Shown here piece by piece: positions 50,809 to 60,811 of a stretch of DNA of 64,000 nt. Each line of letters starts with the position of its first letter. Positions within the stretch are counted from its first letter, which is position 1. Under the pieces are notes generated by a model. That model was given only the letters and a program-made list of their open reading frames with translations, had not been told where the DNA came from and made no database searches. The stretch spans positions 37 to 64,036 of the forward strand of contig CAIKUK010000015.1 of NCBI GenBank assembly GCA_903830625.1. The letters run 5' to 3'. The position numbers and the translations under genes were made by a program. The stretch comes from Candidatus Yanofskybacteria bacterium. GTDB taxonomy: Bacteria; Patescibacteriota; Minisyncoccia; 2-02-FULL-40-12; GWA2-44-9.

Positions 50809-52712
50809 TTAAAAAAATCTTTTCTATTGTTTTAGTGGTTGGTATTATATCGAATTGTTTTACTTTTTTATTGATACCGAACCCAGTCCGAGCTAGTGTT
50901 ACATCCAGTACTGCAAAATTCTCTGGTTGCGCAACCGGGAACATTGCCGGAACATATCTCTCAAATCAACTCGCGAATGCAGTCGCGAAATTAAAGAAAA
51001 AGATTACTAGTGTTGCCGGCAAGTTATCCAAAGTACCGGTTGACGACTCAACCACCCAAAGCAATATTGACACCACAAACATTCAATATATCACCAAAGA
51101 ATACGTCACTGATGTCATTGCTCGATGCGCAGCCCGAGTAATCCTAAACGCAATCGTCGGAAATACTTATAACATCATGCGTACGAACGGCCGGGACGGA
51201 GGAGTCACTTTTGTGCGAAATTGGGCTAATCTTCAAACGGCGGCTCAGTATCGCGGCGAAAATATTTTTCGAGCCGAATTAAGCACCGCTAAACTTTGCG
51301 GCTATCTCGCAAATGATATAAAAAAGGCCTTCGGAGTAGACCCCAAAAAACAAACGCCACTAGGTAGTAAACAGAACACCAGAACTGATTCTTTGCAAAC
51401 TTTTGGTTTGGCAGTGAACTGTACCATGCCTGCCGATTTTACCACTCAAAAATATCAACAAGATTTCGCCGGTAATGGTGGATGGGATACTTGGGCCCTA
51501 ATGATGGAGCCCCAGAACAATCCTTACGGAGTAGCTCTTCTTTCAAAAGATGAGATCCAAAAACAAAGAACGCTGCAACAAAGCGCAGATACCAATCAGG
51601 CCCTTGCGGGCAGGGGATATATTGGCACGAGTGGCAAAGGAACAACGGGAAGCTGCGCGGTTAAAAGTCCTAATAGCGCAAGTTGTATTGTCTATAATGA
51701 TATTAAAACCACCGGTAGCTATATCGCTGACAGTATGGCCGCCAGTATAAACGCCGAGTTAAGCTGGATTACTAGCGCTCAAGGTCTTGGCTCAATCATT
51801 GCGAATGCCACCGAAGTGCTTCTTAATCGTCTCCTAGATCAAGGTAACCCTGATGAAGGAAGCTATCGAGAACCCGGAGATCCTGGTATTGACTTTAGTG
51901 TTCCCAGTTCCGAAATTCCGCCATCAGAAGAATTGTGCGTAACAGATCCCCAGAAATCTACTTTAACTGATATTATCACACAGGCTCTAATAGTCCGTGA
52001 TTTAAACATAGGAGATTTTGAAGACACGTTTGGTGTAGATCGTGGAAAATTCAAGAGAGATGCAACCGCCGCTATTCTTAATAAAACATATACCGACTTG
52101 TATGACTTTGAAAAAACCATTACCGATCCGACCCAGAATGAAATTAAAAATCTCATCCAGTCGTGGGAAACAATTATTAGAGGAGCAGCCGAATCAATTA
52201 AAGGGATGCAGTGGAACACTCAAGTTGAAAAAACTGATATTGACCGTCAACTTACTGAAATCAAGAAATCTATTTCCACAATTAAGACCCAGGCTGACAG
52301 CCTCATCATATGTGGTTCGACTATCCCGCCTGATGGAGGTGGTGAACCGGCTGTTCCACCCCCCGCTGATGCCGGTAAGCATGGCGACCATACGGTTGAG
52401 GTGGCCGCGGCAAGAGATGAGCTAATCGCAGAAGGTAAACAATTCCCTGATCCTAGTGCATCTGATGAATGTTATCGTTTTGAGATTGTTAAAAGAGCGG
52501 TTCCAAAGATAGGTGACGGGGCAGGTTATCTTGGTGGCAAAAAACCGGGCCAAAATAATTGCGGTGGTTTTGCTGTTGATATCATCGCTTTCCCTGATGG
52601 ATATATTTACGATGTATTGATAGGAGATAAGAGTATGCCCGGGTGGAATCCTACTGGATGCGGAACTGTTGCAACCAATGGCACGTGCCCGGATCTTTAT
52701 CGGGCGCCTTAA
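50805..52712 (+). CDS. Large secreted protein in the T4SS-like cluster
   Basis: Signal peptide; F..NGGW.TW.....PQNNPYG motif; Cys-rich C-terminal domain. Confidence 0.75.
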   Translation: MIKKIFSIVLVVGIISNCFTFLLIPNPVRASVTSSTAKFSGCATGNIAGTYLSNQLANAVAKLKKKITSVAGKLSKVPVDDSTTQSNIDTTNIQYITKEYVTDVIARCAARVILNAIVGNTYNIMRTNGRDGGVTFVRNWANLQTAAQYRGENIFRAELSTAKLCGYLANDIKKAFGVDPKKQTPLGSKQNTRTDSLQTFGLAVNCTMPADFTTQKYQQDFAGNGGWDTWALMMEPQNNPYGVALLSKDEIQKQRTLQQSADTNQALAGRGYIGTSGKGTTGSCAVKSPNSASCIVYNDIKTTGSYIADSMAASINAELSWITSAQGLGSIIANATEVLLNRLLDQGNPDEGSYREPGDPGIDFSVPSSEIPPSEELCVTDPQKSTLTDIITQALIVRDLNIGDFEDTFGVDRGKFKRDATAAILNKTYTDLYDFEKTITDPTQNEIKNLIQSWETIIRGAAESIKGMQWNTQVEKTDIDRQLTEIKKSISTIKTQADSLIICGSTIPPDGGGEPAVPPPADAGKHGDHTVEVAAARDELIAEGKQFPDPSASDECYRFEIVKRAVPKIGDGAGYLGGKKPGQNNCGGFAVDIIAFPDGYIYDVLIGDKSMPGWNPTGCGTVATNGTCPDLYRAP

Positions 52713-52721
52713 ACTGAATGC

Positions 52722-54779
52722 ATGCAACTTAAACAAAGACATAAAATCATCAGCATAGTCACTCTTCTGACGTTTTTGTCTTTCTTTTTACCGACTCAAT
52801 TTGTCCATGCCGGGTGGTTCTCTCTCGTATCATCAAGTCTCTCGGATGTCATTATGTACATTTTCGCGGAGGTGTTTTTTGTAATTGGTCAACTGACAGC
52901 CATTGCCGCCAAGGCTTTGAACATGGCGGTATTTGTCCGGCCGGGGAGCAATCTTCTTGTCGTTGAGACGACTTGGAAAATCTTGCGTGATTTTTCGAAC
53001 ATGATTTTTATTGTTCTTCTAATCTATATGGCCTTTGCAACCATATTTGACCAGGGAAAATATACCTTCAAAGATATGATTGTTCGGTTTGTGATTGTCG
53101 CCGTTCTTATCAATTTCAGCTTGGTCATTGGTAATATTATTATCGATGCAGGCCAAGTTTTGACTAATATTTTCTTAGGCAGTATCGGCAATCTCGGCGA
53201 CCGGCTCGGAACATATTTAAATCCGAGCCTTCTTTTGCCGGGCGTAACAAATACGAGCAGTGCTACCTTGGCCCAATTAACAGACCTGGGGGGCGGGGGA
53301 TTTATTTCGCTTATCTTTGCGATTATTCTTTCTTTGATATTTCTTTTTAGCTTATTGGTCGCACTGGTCTTTGCGATTATCCGCACCCCGATTATATGGG
53401 CCTTGCTTATTGTTTCACCTTTAGCCTGGATGAGTCACATTCTCCCTAGTTCCAATGTTTGGTGGAAAAAGTGGTGGGGTCAATTCTGGGGCTGGAACCT
53501 GTTTCTGCCGGTTTATTTATTCTTTATGTATTTAGGTTTGGTATTTCTAAGCCAGCGCGATGTGATTATAAACGCGGTTATCCAAGCCCAAACAGCAAGT
53601 GGAACTAACCCGGCCAATGCTCCTCTCCTTGAAGGCTTAGGGAATTCACTTTCTTTTAATCTTGTCTTTTTCTATCTTTTTGCCGCTTTCGTGATGGTTG
53701 GCGGCACCTGGGCCGCCAACAAAACCACCAGTCTTATGGGTACCGGTTTTGACAAAGGCCTCGGCTGGGCCAAATGGGCGGTTAAACGTGCACCATTACC
53801 ATATATAGGAAACCTGCAAGCTGCAGAAGATGCGAGTAAGGCTCGGCGTGATCAATTTAAAAAAGAAGGTTTCAAGAATCCTTGGCTTAATAAGGTATAC
53901 GGTGGTGCTGATGCCCAATCCCGAAAATTAGCAAGAACTTCGGATAGATTTGGGGTTAGCGAAAGAAATGCAGTTGAGAAACAAGAGGCAGCGGAAATCG
54001 GAACACAGAAAGCCAAGATGAGAAACGTTAACACTAACGAGTTGAGATCAAGAATGAATTCAGGTTCAAAAACTCAGCAACTAGCAGTCAGAGAATTACT
54101 TAAAGAGCGAAACCAATTGAGTGGAGATGAAATTATTTCAACTTATCATATGTATGGTGGAGACCGCAACGAGAACGGTAGAAAGTTTATTGGCAGTGTT
54201 GATTACGGTAAATTGTCCAGCATGGAACGAGAGGCGATATTTGGAGAGAGTACAGATCCTCAAGTTCAGCAAAAAATTGCAATCGTTATGGCAGAAAAGG
54301 GGAACATGGGTGCCAATCCAGCTGACTGGCTCGAACGAATGGCAACAAACCTTTACGCTCAAAGCTCTGAAAGAATAGAATTTATCCAAAAAGCAGAAAA
54401 AGAAGACTTCATGTCAACCATAGAAGCCAAATCAAGATTGGCAAGAGCTGGTAAAATTGAAATTAAAGATGGAGGAGGAGCGATTATCACTACTGCCCCC
54501 CAGATACTTGAGGCTAGGGTAAATAAAATGAAAGCCGATGTTTTGGCTGAAGTAGATAAAAAAACATGGAATCCTGCTCTCAATCCCAACTTCCTAGCGG
54601 CAGTGCAGACGAAAGTCAACGCTTTGCAAGCATCGCAGGCCCCACAACCGGGAGGTATCGGTCCGGGTGGTGTTCCAATACCTCCAAAACCGGGCGGAGG
54701 TGAAGTTTTCAAGAATAATATATTAAAAGAGATTACTGATCCTACAAAACTTGGATTTGTAAATCAAATAGTAATCTGA
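52722..54779 (+). CDS. VirB6/TrbL-like polytopic membrane protein
   Basis: W..LRDFSNM.FI..L, AVLINFSL, LL.VSPLAW...ILP....WWKKW; long soluble C-terminus. Confidence 0.75.
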   Translation: MQLKQRHKIISIVTLLTFLSFFLPTQFVHAGWFSLVSSSLSDVIMYIFAEVFFVIGQLTAIAAKALNMAVFVRPGSNLLVVETTWKILRDFSNMIFIVLLIYMAFATIFDQGKYTFKDMIVRFVIVAVLINFSLVIGNIIIDAGQVLTNIFLGSIGNLGDRLGTYLNPSLLLPGVTNTSSATLAQLTDLGGGGFISLIFAIILSLIFLFSLLVALVFAIIRTPIIWALLIVSPLAWMSHILPSSNVWWKKWWGQFWGWNLFLPVYLFFMYLGLVFLSQRDVIINAVIQAQTASGTNPANAPLLEGLGNSLSFNLVFFYLFAAFVMVGGTWAANKTTSLMGTGFDKGLGWAKWAVKRAPLPYIGNLQAAEDASKARRDQFKKEGFKNPWLNKVYGGADAQSRKLARTSDRFGVSERNAVEKQEAAEIGTQKAKMRNVNTNELRSRMNSGSKTQQLAVRELLKERNQLSGDEIISTYHMYGGDRNENGRKFIGSVDYGKLSSMEREAIFGESTDPQVQQKIAIVMAEKGNMGANPADWLERMATNLYAQSSERIEFIQKAEKEDFMSTIEAKSRLARAGKIEIKDGGGAIITTAPQILEARVNKMKADVLAEVDKKTWNPALNPNFLAAVQTKVNALQASQAPQPGGIGPGGVPIPPKPGGGEVFKNNILKEITDPTKLGFVNQIVI

Positions 54780-55273
54780 TGAAAATTATCACGCCATATA
54801 ATATTGATTTGGATATCCTTTCGGCAGATGAGACTCTTTGGTCTTCTTTCGCAAAAAAATTCGTCATCTTACCTAAAGACGTGAAAGACATCCTCCTTTT
54901 AGACAATACCACGGCTTTCCTTCTAGATATCTCCCATCAGTTAACTTTGAACGAGGAGCAAACAAAAGAATTAACCAGAATAATCAGAGACGTCCTTCTG
55001 GGAGACATATTTATCAATGACATGTCCGCGACCATTTCCCAAAAACTAAACGCTGACCAACAAACAGCCCAACAAATTCGAGACAAGATTGTAAAAGAAT
55101 TGTTCGCCTCCGCTATCGAAGATATCAAAAAAATACAACAAGACAAGTTCCCGGACCGAGTTGGGCAGGGAAGTGTAAGTACAATGCCTCAACCGCCAGC
55201 TCCGCCACAAATGAAGAATGTGCCGCCAGTTAATCAGAGCAATGTTATCGATCTAAGAAACCAACCACAATAA
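54779..55273 (+). CDS. Hypothetical protein
   Basis: ORF coupled to the upstream gene; C-terminal NVIDLR motif. Confidence 0.7.
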   Translation: MKIITPYNIDLDILSADETLWSSFAKKFVILPKDVKDILLLDNTTAFLLDISHQLTLNEEQTKELTRIIRDVLLGDIFINDMSATISQKLNADQQTAQQIRDKIVKELFASAIEDIKKIQQDKFPDRVGQGSVSTMPQPPAPPQMKNVPPVNQSNVIDLRNQPQ

Positions 55274-55279
55274 ATAATC

Positions 55280-55603
55280 ATGAGATTCCAACTGCCACAA
55301 TTTATTGAGACGGAGATAAAGATTGTTGGGCCATTTACACTCAAGCAATTCTTGTGGGTAGTGGCGGGGGCGGTGTTTATCTTTTTGGATTTCAGTTTGT
55401 TGACCGGGATTGTCGCCATTATCATCGCTGTGCCAATTGTGGGCCTTGCCGGAGCGTTTGCGTTTCTAAGAATTGACGATATGCCGTTGATTAATTATTT
55501 CGCCAACATGCTTTCCTACTCATTCGGCTCAAAAAAATATCTTTACAGAGACGAAGGCCCTACTAATTACAAATCGGGACCGAATATACAAATGAAGAAC
55601 TGA
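55280..55603 (+). CDS. PrgI family protein
   Basis: MRFQLPQFIETE.KIVGPFTLKQF followed by two TMs. Confidence 0.88.
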   Translation: MRFQLPQFIETEIKIVGPFTLKQFLWVVAGAVFIFLDFSLLTGIVAIIIAVPIVGLAGAFAFLRIDDMPLINYFANMLSYSFGSKKYLYRDEGPTNYKSGPNIQMKN

Positions 55604-55644
55604 CTGATTTTATTCGTATATTAGTAAGGATTAGTAATTGGTAG
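55560..55644 (+). repeat. Family C element overlapping the 3' end of prgI
   Basis: CTACTAATTACAAATC...GATTAGTAATTGGTAG. Confidence 0.85.
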
Positions 55645-55662
55645 TGTATAATCTATAGAAGT

Positions 55663-56310
55663 ATGGCTAATCAATCCACCAAAGAACTCGTCGCCGTCGC
55701 CGATATCAAAGACAGTATTATCTTGCTGAAGAACGGCTCCTTGCGAGCCATGATTGAAGTTTCGGCGGTTAACTTTGAATTGCGTTCTGAAGAAGAACAA
55801 ACAGGCATTTTGCAGAACTTCCAGCGCTTTTTGAATTCGGTGGATTTTCCGCTGCAGATGATTGTCAATTCGCGCCAGCTGAACATGGACGAGTATCTCA
55901 AAACTGTTGATGCGGTCGCCGAATCGGCCACTAATGAGCTTCTTAAAATCCAGGCCATTGAATACAGCAAGTTCGTCAAAGAATTGCTGGAGCTTTCCAA
56001 TATCATGACCAAGCATTTCTATGTTGTTCTGCCGTTCTATGTCTATGAAACACCGACCAGTACCGGACTTCTGGAAACGGCCAAAAGTATTTTCAAAAAA
56101 TCCCAGACCGTCGTCCAAATCAAACCCGAACAGCTTGAAACTTATCGCACCCAGCTCATGCAACGGGCAGAATTAATCCTGGACGGACTGATCGGCATTG
56201 GTCTTAAGGCCCACCTGATGGAAGGCCAGGAAATTAATAATTTGTATTACAGTTTATATAATCCGGGCGAAAAAATGACCACCGCGGCACCTGACAAACT
56301 ACCAACTTAA
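55663..56310 (+). CDS. VirB4/TraC N-terminal-like protein
   Basis: IILLKNGSLRA.IEVS.VNF.L.SEEEQ..I...FQ.FLNS.DFP.Q. Confidence 0.75.
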   Translation: MANQSTKELVAVADIKDSIILLKNGSLRAMIEVSAVNFELRSEEEQTGILQNFQRFLNSVDFPLQMIVNSRQLNMDEYLKTVDAVAESATNELLKIQAIEYSKFVKELLELSNIMTKHFYVVLPFYVYETPTSTGLLETAKSIFKKSQTVVQIKPEQLETYRTQLMQRAELILDGLIGIGLKAHLMEGQEINNLYYSLYNPGEKMTTAAPDKLPT

Positions 56311-56318
56311 TAAGTTTC

Positions 56319-56403
56319 CTACCAATTACAAATCCCGCGCGAATATACGAATGGGGAACTAACCGATTTTATTTGTATATTAGTAAAGATTAGTAATTAG
56401 TAG
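56319..56403 (+). repeat. Family C element upstream of virB4
   Basis: CTACCAATTACAAATC...GATTAGTAATTAGTAG. Confidence 0.85.
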
Positions 56404-56410
56404 TCCAATT

Positions 56411-58162
56411 ATGCCTGACGTAACCCCACAACCCCAGACCCTACCCGAAATGCTTGCCCCGGCGGCGATGTCGGTCTCTTCGAATTATATCCAAATCGGG
56501 CCTAAATTCGCCCGGACAATTTTTCTGGCCACTTATCCGAGGTATTTAAACACGAATTGGCTTTCGCCGATTATCAATCTTGACCGCGCTTTTGATGCCG
56601 CCATATTTGTTCATCCCAAGAGTACGTCTGAAATTTTAAAACAATTGCGCGACCAGCTGGCTCGTTTGCAAGCCCAAGCGATGGAAGAAGCTTCCAAGGG
56701 CAAGGTCCGCGATCCGATTCTGGAAACAGCCATGGCCGATATTGAAGTTCTGCGCGACCAGCTTCAACAGGGAACCGATAAATTCTTTGAGCTCGGCGTT
56801 TATATCACGATTTACGAGAACAGCGTCAAAGAATTAAACGACACCGAAGGCAAGATCAAAGGCCTTTTGGAGTATCAGCTTATCTTTGCCAAGCCGGCGA
56901 CTTTCCGCATGATGGAGGGTTTTAATTCCACCCTGCCAACAGACGACGATCAACTCAATGTCCACACCTCGCTCAATACCGAACCTTTATCTTCGCTCTT
57001 CCCGTTTATTTCTTTCGACCTCACTTCCAATTCGGGTATTCTCTACGGCATCAACACTCACAATAACTCTCTGGTGTTGTTTGACCGATTTAAACTAGAA
57101 AATTACAACTCGGTCGTGTTCGGCAAATCCGGCGGCGGCAAAAGCTACACTATCAAGCTTGAGATTCTGCGCAGTCTTGTTTTTGGCACTCAAGTTTTGA
57201 TTATCGACCCGGAAGATGAATATAAATATCTGGCCGATACGGTTGGCGGATCGGCGGTTAAGATTTCCATTAATTCCGACCAACATGTTAACCCGTTTGA
57301 TTTACCGGCCCCCAAAGAAGGGGAACTCGGCGCCGATGTCTTCCGTTCGCATATTCTTGATCTTTCGGGTCTGATGAAATTGATTTTGGGCGAGCTTACC
57401 CCAGAAGAATCGGCTATTCTGGACGAAGCCCTCATTCAAACTTACGCCATTAAGGATATATCGCCCGAATCAGACTTCACTAAGCTGCCTCCGCCTGTTC
57501 TGGGCGACCTCCAGAGTATCCTGGAAGGCCTGACCGGCGCCGAATCAATGGCGACACGCCTTAAGAAGTATACTTCCGGCACGTTTGCGGGATTCTTGAA
57601 CCAGCCGACTAACGTTCCACTAGATAATCAAATGATTGTTTTCGGCATCCGCGACATGGAAGAAGAATTGCGCCCGATTGCCATGTACCTGATTTTGAAT
57701 TTCATCTGGGTCAAAGTCCGGCGCGATATTAAACAGCGCATTATTCTGGTGGACGAAGCCTGGGTGCTGATGAAGTACGAAGTCGGCGCCAACTTCTTGT
57801 CTAATATCGCCAAGCGCTGTCGTAAATATTTTACCGGCCTAACTACTATTTCCCAAGATATTCCTGATTTCCTGGCCAGTCCGCAAGGCAAAACCATTCT
57901 CACTAATTCCTCAATTCAAATTTTGATGAAGCAGTCGCCAGCGGCGATTGATATCGTTCAGCAGACTTTCAACCTCACCGATGCCGAAAAATTCTACATC
58001 CTGGAAGCCCGCGTCGGCTTTGGTCTGTTCTTCCTGGGCCAAAATCACATCGGCATCCGCATCGTTGCTTCCTACGCCGAAGACCAAATCATTACTTCCG
58101 ACCCGCGCCAAATCCTGGAAATTGAAAAAGCCAAAGAAGAATGGGCTAACATGCAAAAATAG
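56411..58162 (+). CDS. VirB4-like ATPase
   Basis: GKSGGGKS, IIDPEDEY, LVDEAW, KRCRKY, TISQD. Confidence 0.9.
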   Translation: MPDVTPQPQTLPEMLAPAAMSVSSNYIQIGPKFARTIFLATYPRYLNTNWLSPIINLDRAFDAAIFVHPKSTSEILKQLRDQLARLQAQAMEEASKGKVRDPILETAMADIEVLRDQLQQGTDKFFELGVYITIYENSVKELNDTEGKIKGLLEYQLIFAKPATFRMMEGFNSTLPTDDDQLNVHTSLNTEPLSSLFPFISFDLTSNSGILYGINTHNNSLVLFDRFKLENYNSVVFGKSGGGKSYTIKLEILRSLVFGTQVLIIDPEDEYKYLADTVGGSAVKISINSDQHVNPFDLPAPKEGELGADVFRSHILDLSGLMKLILGELTPEESAILDEALIQTYAIKDISPESDFTKLPPPVLGDLQSILEGLTGAESMATRLKKYTSGTFAGFLNQPTNVPLDNQMIVFGIRDMEEELRPIAMYLILNFIWVKVRRDIKQRIILVDEAWVLMKYEVGANFLSNIAKRCRKYFTGLTTISQDIPDFLASPQGKTILTNSSIQILMKQSPAAIDIVQQTFNLTDAEKFYILEARVGFGLFFLGQNHIGIRIVASYAEDQIITSDPRQILEIEKAKEEWANMQK

Positions 58163-58164
58163 CC

Positions 58165-58695
58165 ATGGCCATGGAAGAAGATGGAATAAAGCACAACGAG
58201 GAAGTGCTTCGAAGTAAGAACAGGGTACCAACCGTTAATGAGCACAACGAGGAAGTGCTTAAACTTAAACTTGACCAAGAACGAACCGAGTATAATCAGC
58301 GGCTGGCTACAGAGCAGGAGGAACGAGAGCCATACTCAACAAAACCAGCAGAAAAGATGGGCTTGTTATTTTTTATTTTTGCCATGTTCTTTTGTGTTAT
58401 CGGCGATTTAATAGATTTTTTTACGGGTGGCACTATCGGTTGGCTGATTGGTTTGTTTATTGACGGTATTCTGGCCCTTATGTTTGGCTTGTCCAAAGCG
58501 GGCCGAAAACAATTTAAACGGATGGCAGTCGGTTTAATCGGCGAAAGTTTTCCGATTATTGCGACCTTGCCACTAAGAACTATTTTTTTAATCTGGTCTT
58601 TTGTCAGTTCACATAGTAAGATGGCCAGGAAAGCTGGGGATAAACTTGAACGTCAAACTAGTAAGGCGGAGCCAATCCTTAGTGTCACTGGATAA
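58165..58695 (+). CDS. Hypothetical membrane protein
   Basis: Hydrophobic segments; N-terminal HNEEVL duplication. Confidence 0.7.
   Translation: MAMEEDGIKHNEEVLRSKNRVPTVNEHNEEVLKLKLDQERTEYNQRLATEQEEREPYSTKPAEKMGLLFFIFAMFFCVIGDLIDFFTGGTIGWLIGLFIDGILALMFGLSKAGRKQFKRMAVGLIGESFPIIATLPLRTIFLIWSFVSSHSKMARKAGDKLERQTSKAEPILSVTG
58190..58260 (+). repeat. Two identical 20-bp direct repeats with a 31-bp spacer
   Basis: AGCACAACGAGGAAGTGCTT at 58190-58209 and 58241-58260. Confidence 0.85.
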
Positions 58696-58700
58696 ATCAT

Positions 58701-59786
58701 ATGGAAGGTAGCCAAAAACAACTTCTTATCCTGATAGTAATCACGGCTTCGCTGACCTCTTTTTTGGCGGGCTATCTTTTAACCCAGCCGGCTGGACAAA
58801 GCGCCGATGTTATTCAGCAACAGCGGGGTGCTTTAATTGACCGCTTTAGCGATATTCCCGGCAATACCACCCCCACACCATTGCCTCCAGGACTGCTTCA
58901 GGCCACTGCCGAATCTTCTCTTTCAGCCACCAACTCTCCTGACAGCAACGCCGTCTTGTATTACCACCCGATCAATGGTTTTGTGTCTAAACTTGACCTT
59001 GAAACTCGTAAAAATACTATCATTTCCACCACTCAATTAAACAGCTTGACCAATGTCATCTGGTCGCCAAACAAAAACCGCGTGATTACGGTCTCCAGAA
59101 GTTCGGCTGGGCCAACATATAAATATTTTGATTATACTACCCGAGAAAATGGCTTGTTGGGCGCCAATATTAAAGATGCTGTTTTTTCTCCCGATAGCCA
59201 AAGTATAGCTTTGGTCCGTTCGGCTGGAGGCGATAGTAATATAGAGATTACCGATTTTAAAGGCAAGAACTCACAGACAATTCTAAAAACTCGACTCACT
59301 GGTATTCGTCTTTTCTGGCCAAGTAATAATATTCTGTCGTTTATCGCCAATGACGCCAATATGGGCACTCAGAGCCTTTATATTGTCACAGAAAACGGCG
59401 ACCTCAGTCAGCTTCTGGGAGGGGAGTATGGTCTGACTGTACACTGGTCTCCTGATGGATCGAAGTTATTATACTCAGTCCGAGAAAATGAGAAGGTAGT
59501 ATTGCAACTTTTTGATGTTGCTTCCAAACAATCCCAAATCTTGCCGGTACAGACCAGCGCCACAACCTGCGCTTGGCCTTTGAACCAACACTCAATAATC
59601 TGCGCCGCCGAAACCGAAGGTGAAACTTCAATCACTCAAATAAACTTGACCGACAATTCAACAAAAATATTATTTTCTAATCTGATTATCTCACCCAAGG
59701 ACGTTTTCATGTCTCACTTGGAAGACTTCGTTGTCATCACCAGCGCCGGCGACCAAAGCATCTGGGAATTGAAGCTAGCCCAATAA
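58701..59786 (+). CDS. Membrane-anchored TolB-like beta-propeller protein
   Basis: WSPNK, FSPDS, WSPDGSK repeats. Confidence 0.8.
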   Translation: MEGSQKQLLILIVITASLTSFLAGYLLTQPAGQSADVIQQQRGALIDRFSDIPGNTTPTPLPPGLLQATAESSLSATNSPDSNAVLYYHPINGFVSKLDLETRKNTIISTTQLNSLTNVIWSPNKNRVITVSRSSAGPTYKYFDYTTRENGLLGANIKDAVFSPDSQSIALVRSAGGDSNIEITDFKGKNSQTILKTRLTGIRLFWPSNNILSFIANDANMGTQSLYIVTENGDLSQLLGGEYGLTVHWSPDGSKLLYSVRENEKVVLQLFDVASKQSQILPVQTSATTCAWPLNQHSIICAAETEGETSITQINLTDNSTKILFSNLIISPKDVFMSHLEDFVVITSAGDQSIWELKLAQ

Positions 59787-59820
59787 TTAAAAACACCCTC
59801 TATGGAGGGTGTTTTTAATT
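59785..59820. terminator. Bidirectional terminator
   Basis: AATTAAAAACACCCTC-TATG-GAGGGTGTTTTTAATT. Confidence 0.8.
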
Positions 59821-59839
59821 TATAGTTCCATAAGAGTTA

Positions 59840-60211
59840 TCAGGGCCCAACCAAAATAGCCCAGTATAAGAAAGAAGAAAATGTAACTACTGGGATAAAA
59901 TATACGAAAAATATTCCCACTCTATTTTGATTTTGCTGCCATAGGGGAGCTAGAGAGATTAAAGAAAGAACAACCCAAAGAAAAGTCGAAATTCCTCCCA
60001 AAAATCCAAATATCATAAATCCCCAGGGAATAAATAAATTGTAGGCAAAAAAGATGAGGCAAAAAACTATTGAAAAGATTAACCACCTTGAAACTTTTGA
60101 ACCAAAGAGTTTGTCGCGTCTAAATAAAAAAATAGACCATAAGCTTAAAATTACAGGAAAACCAAAAAGGATTATTATTACCAGCCATGAAATTATCTGA
60201 TCAATTGTCAT
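59840..60211 (-). CDS. Hypothetical 4-TM protein
   Basis: AT-rich hydrophobic ORF. Confidence 0.6.
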   Translation of the reverse strand: MTIDQIISWLVIIILFGFPVILSLWSIFLFRRDKLFGSKVSRWLIFSIVFCLIFFAYNLFIPWGFMIFGFLGGISTFLWVVLSLISLAPLWQQNQNRVGIFFVYFIPVVTFSSFLYWAILVGP

Positions 60212-60220
60212 TTAACAAAA

Positions 60221-60697
60221 TTAAGACCGGTAAGGCTTCACCACGATGCGGCGCTGTGGTTCTTGGCCGATACTCTCGGTAGTAACATCGGAGATGGCGG
60301 CCAGCTCCATGTGAACAATACGGCGTTCGTAGGGGGACATGGGGACAAGGGCTTCAGCTCGTTGAGTATTACGGACGCGCTGGACTGCTTCTTTGGCCAA
60401 CGTGGCGACATAGGTCGCTCGGGATTTTTTATAATCATTCACATCCACAAACAAAGTCAGTCCCTCGGTTTGTTTCAAGAACAGGCTGCGCATGACATGT
60501 TCCAGAGCCTGAAGATTTTGGCCGTTTTTACCAATCAAGAATTTGGCATCTTCGGGCGCGGAAATCGAAGCAAAGACAATCTCTTTGTCGCCGACTTTTT
60601 CTTCCCGAACAACTACTTCACACGCCACATTCATGGGTGTAATGATCCGTTTGATAGTTTCGGTGATATTATTCTTTTGTTCAGGGGTAAGGCTCAT
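60221..60697 (-). CDS. Jag/KhpB-like KH-R3H RNA-binding protein
   Basis: LIGKNGQNLQALE, DVNDY, PMSPYERRIVH, SIGQEPQRR. Confidence 0.9.
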   Translation of the reverse strand: MSLTPEQKNNITETIKRIITPMNVACEVVVREEKVGDKEIVFASISAPEDAKFLIGKNGQNLQALEHVMRSLFLKQTEGLTLFVDVNDYKKSRATYVATLAKEAVQRVRNTQRAEALVPMSPYERRIVHMELAAISDVTTESIGQEPQRRIVVKPYRS

Positions 60698-60811
60698 CCC
60701 GTTAGAAGTAATTTAAACAGCCGATACGGTTTAACAAAGGGCTGATTTGTTTTACTTTGATTATCATATTAATTTATTAGCGGACCCATTGTGGGTTACT
60801 TCTAACGGGAC

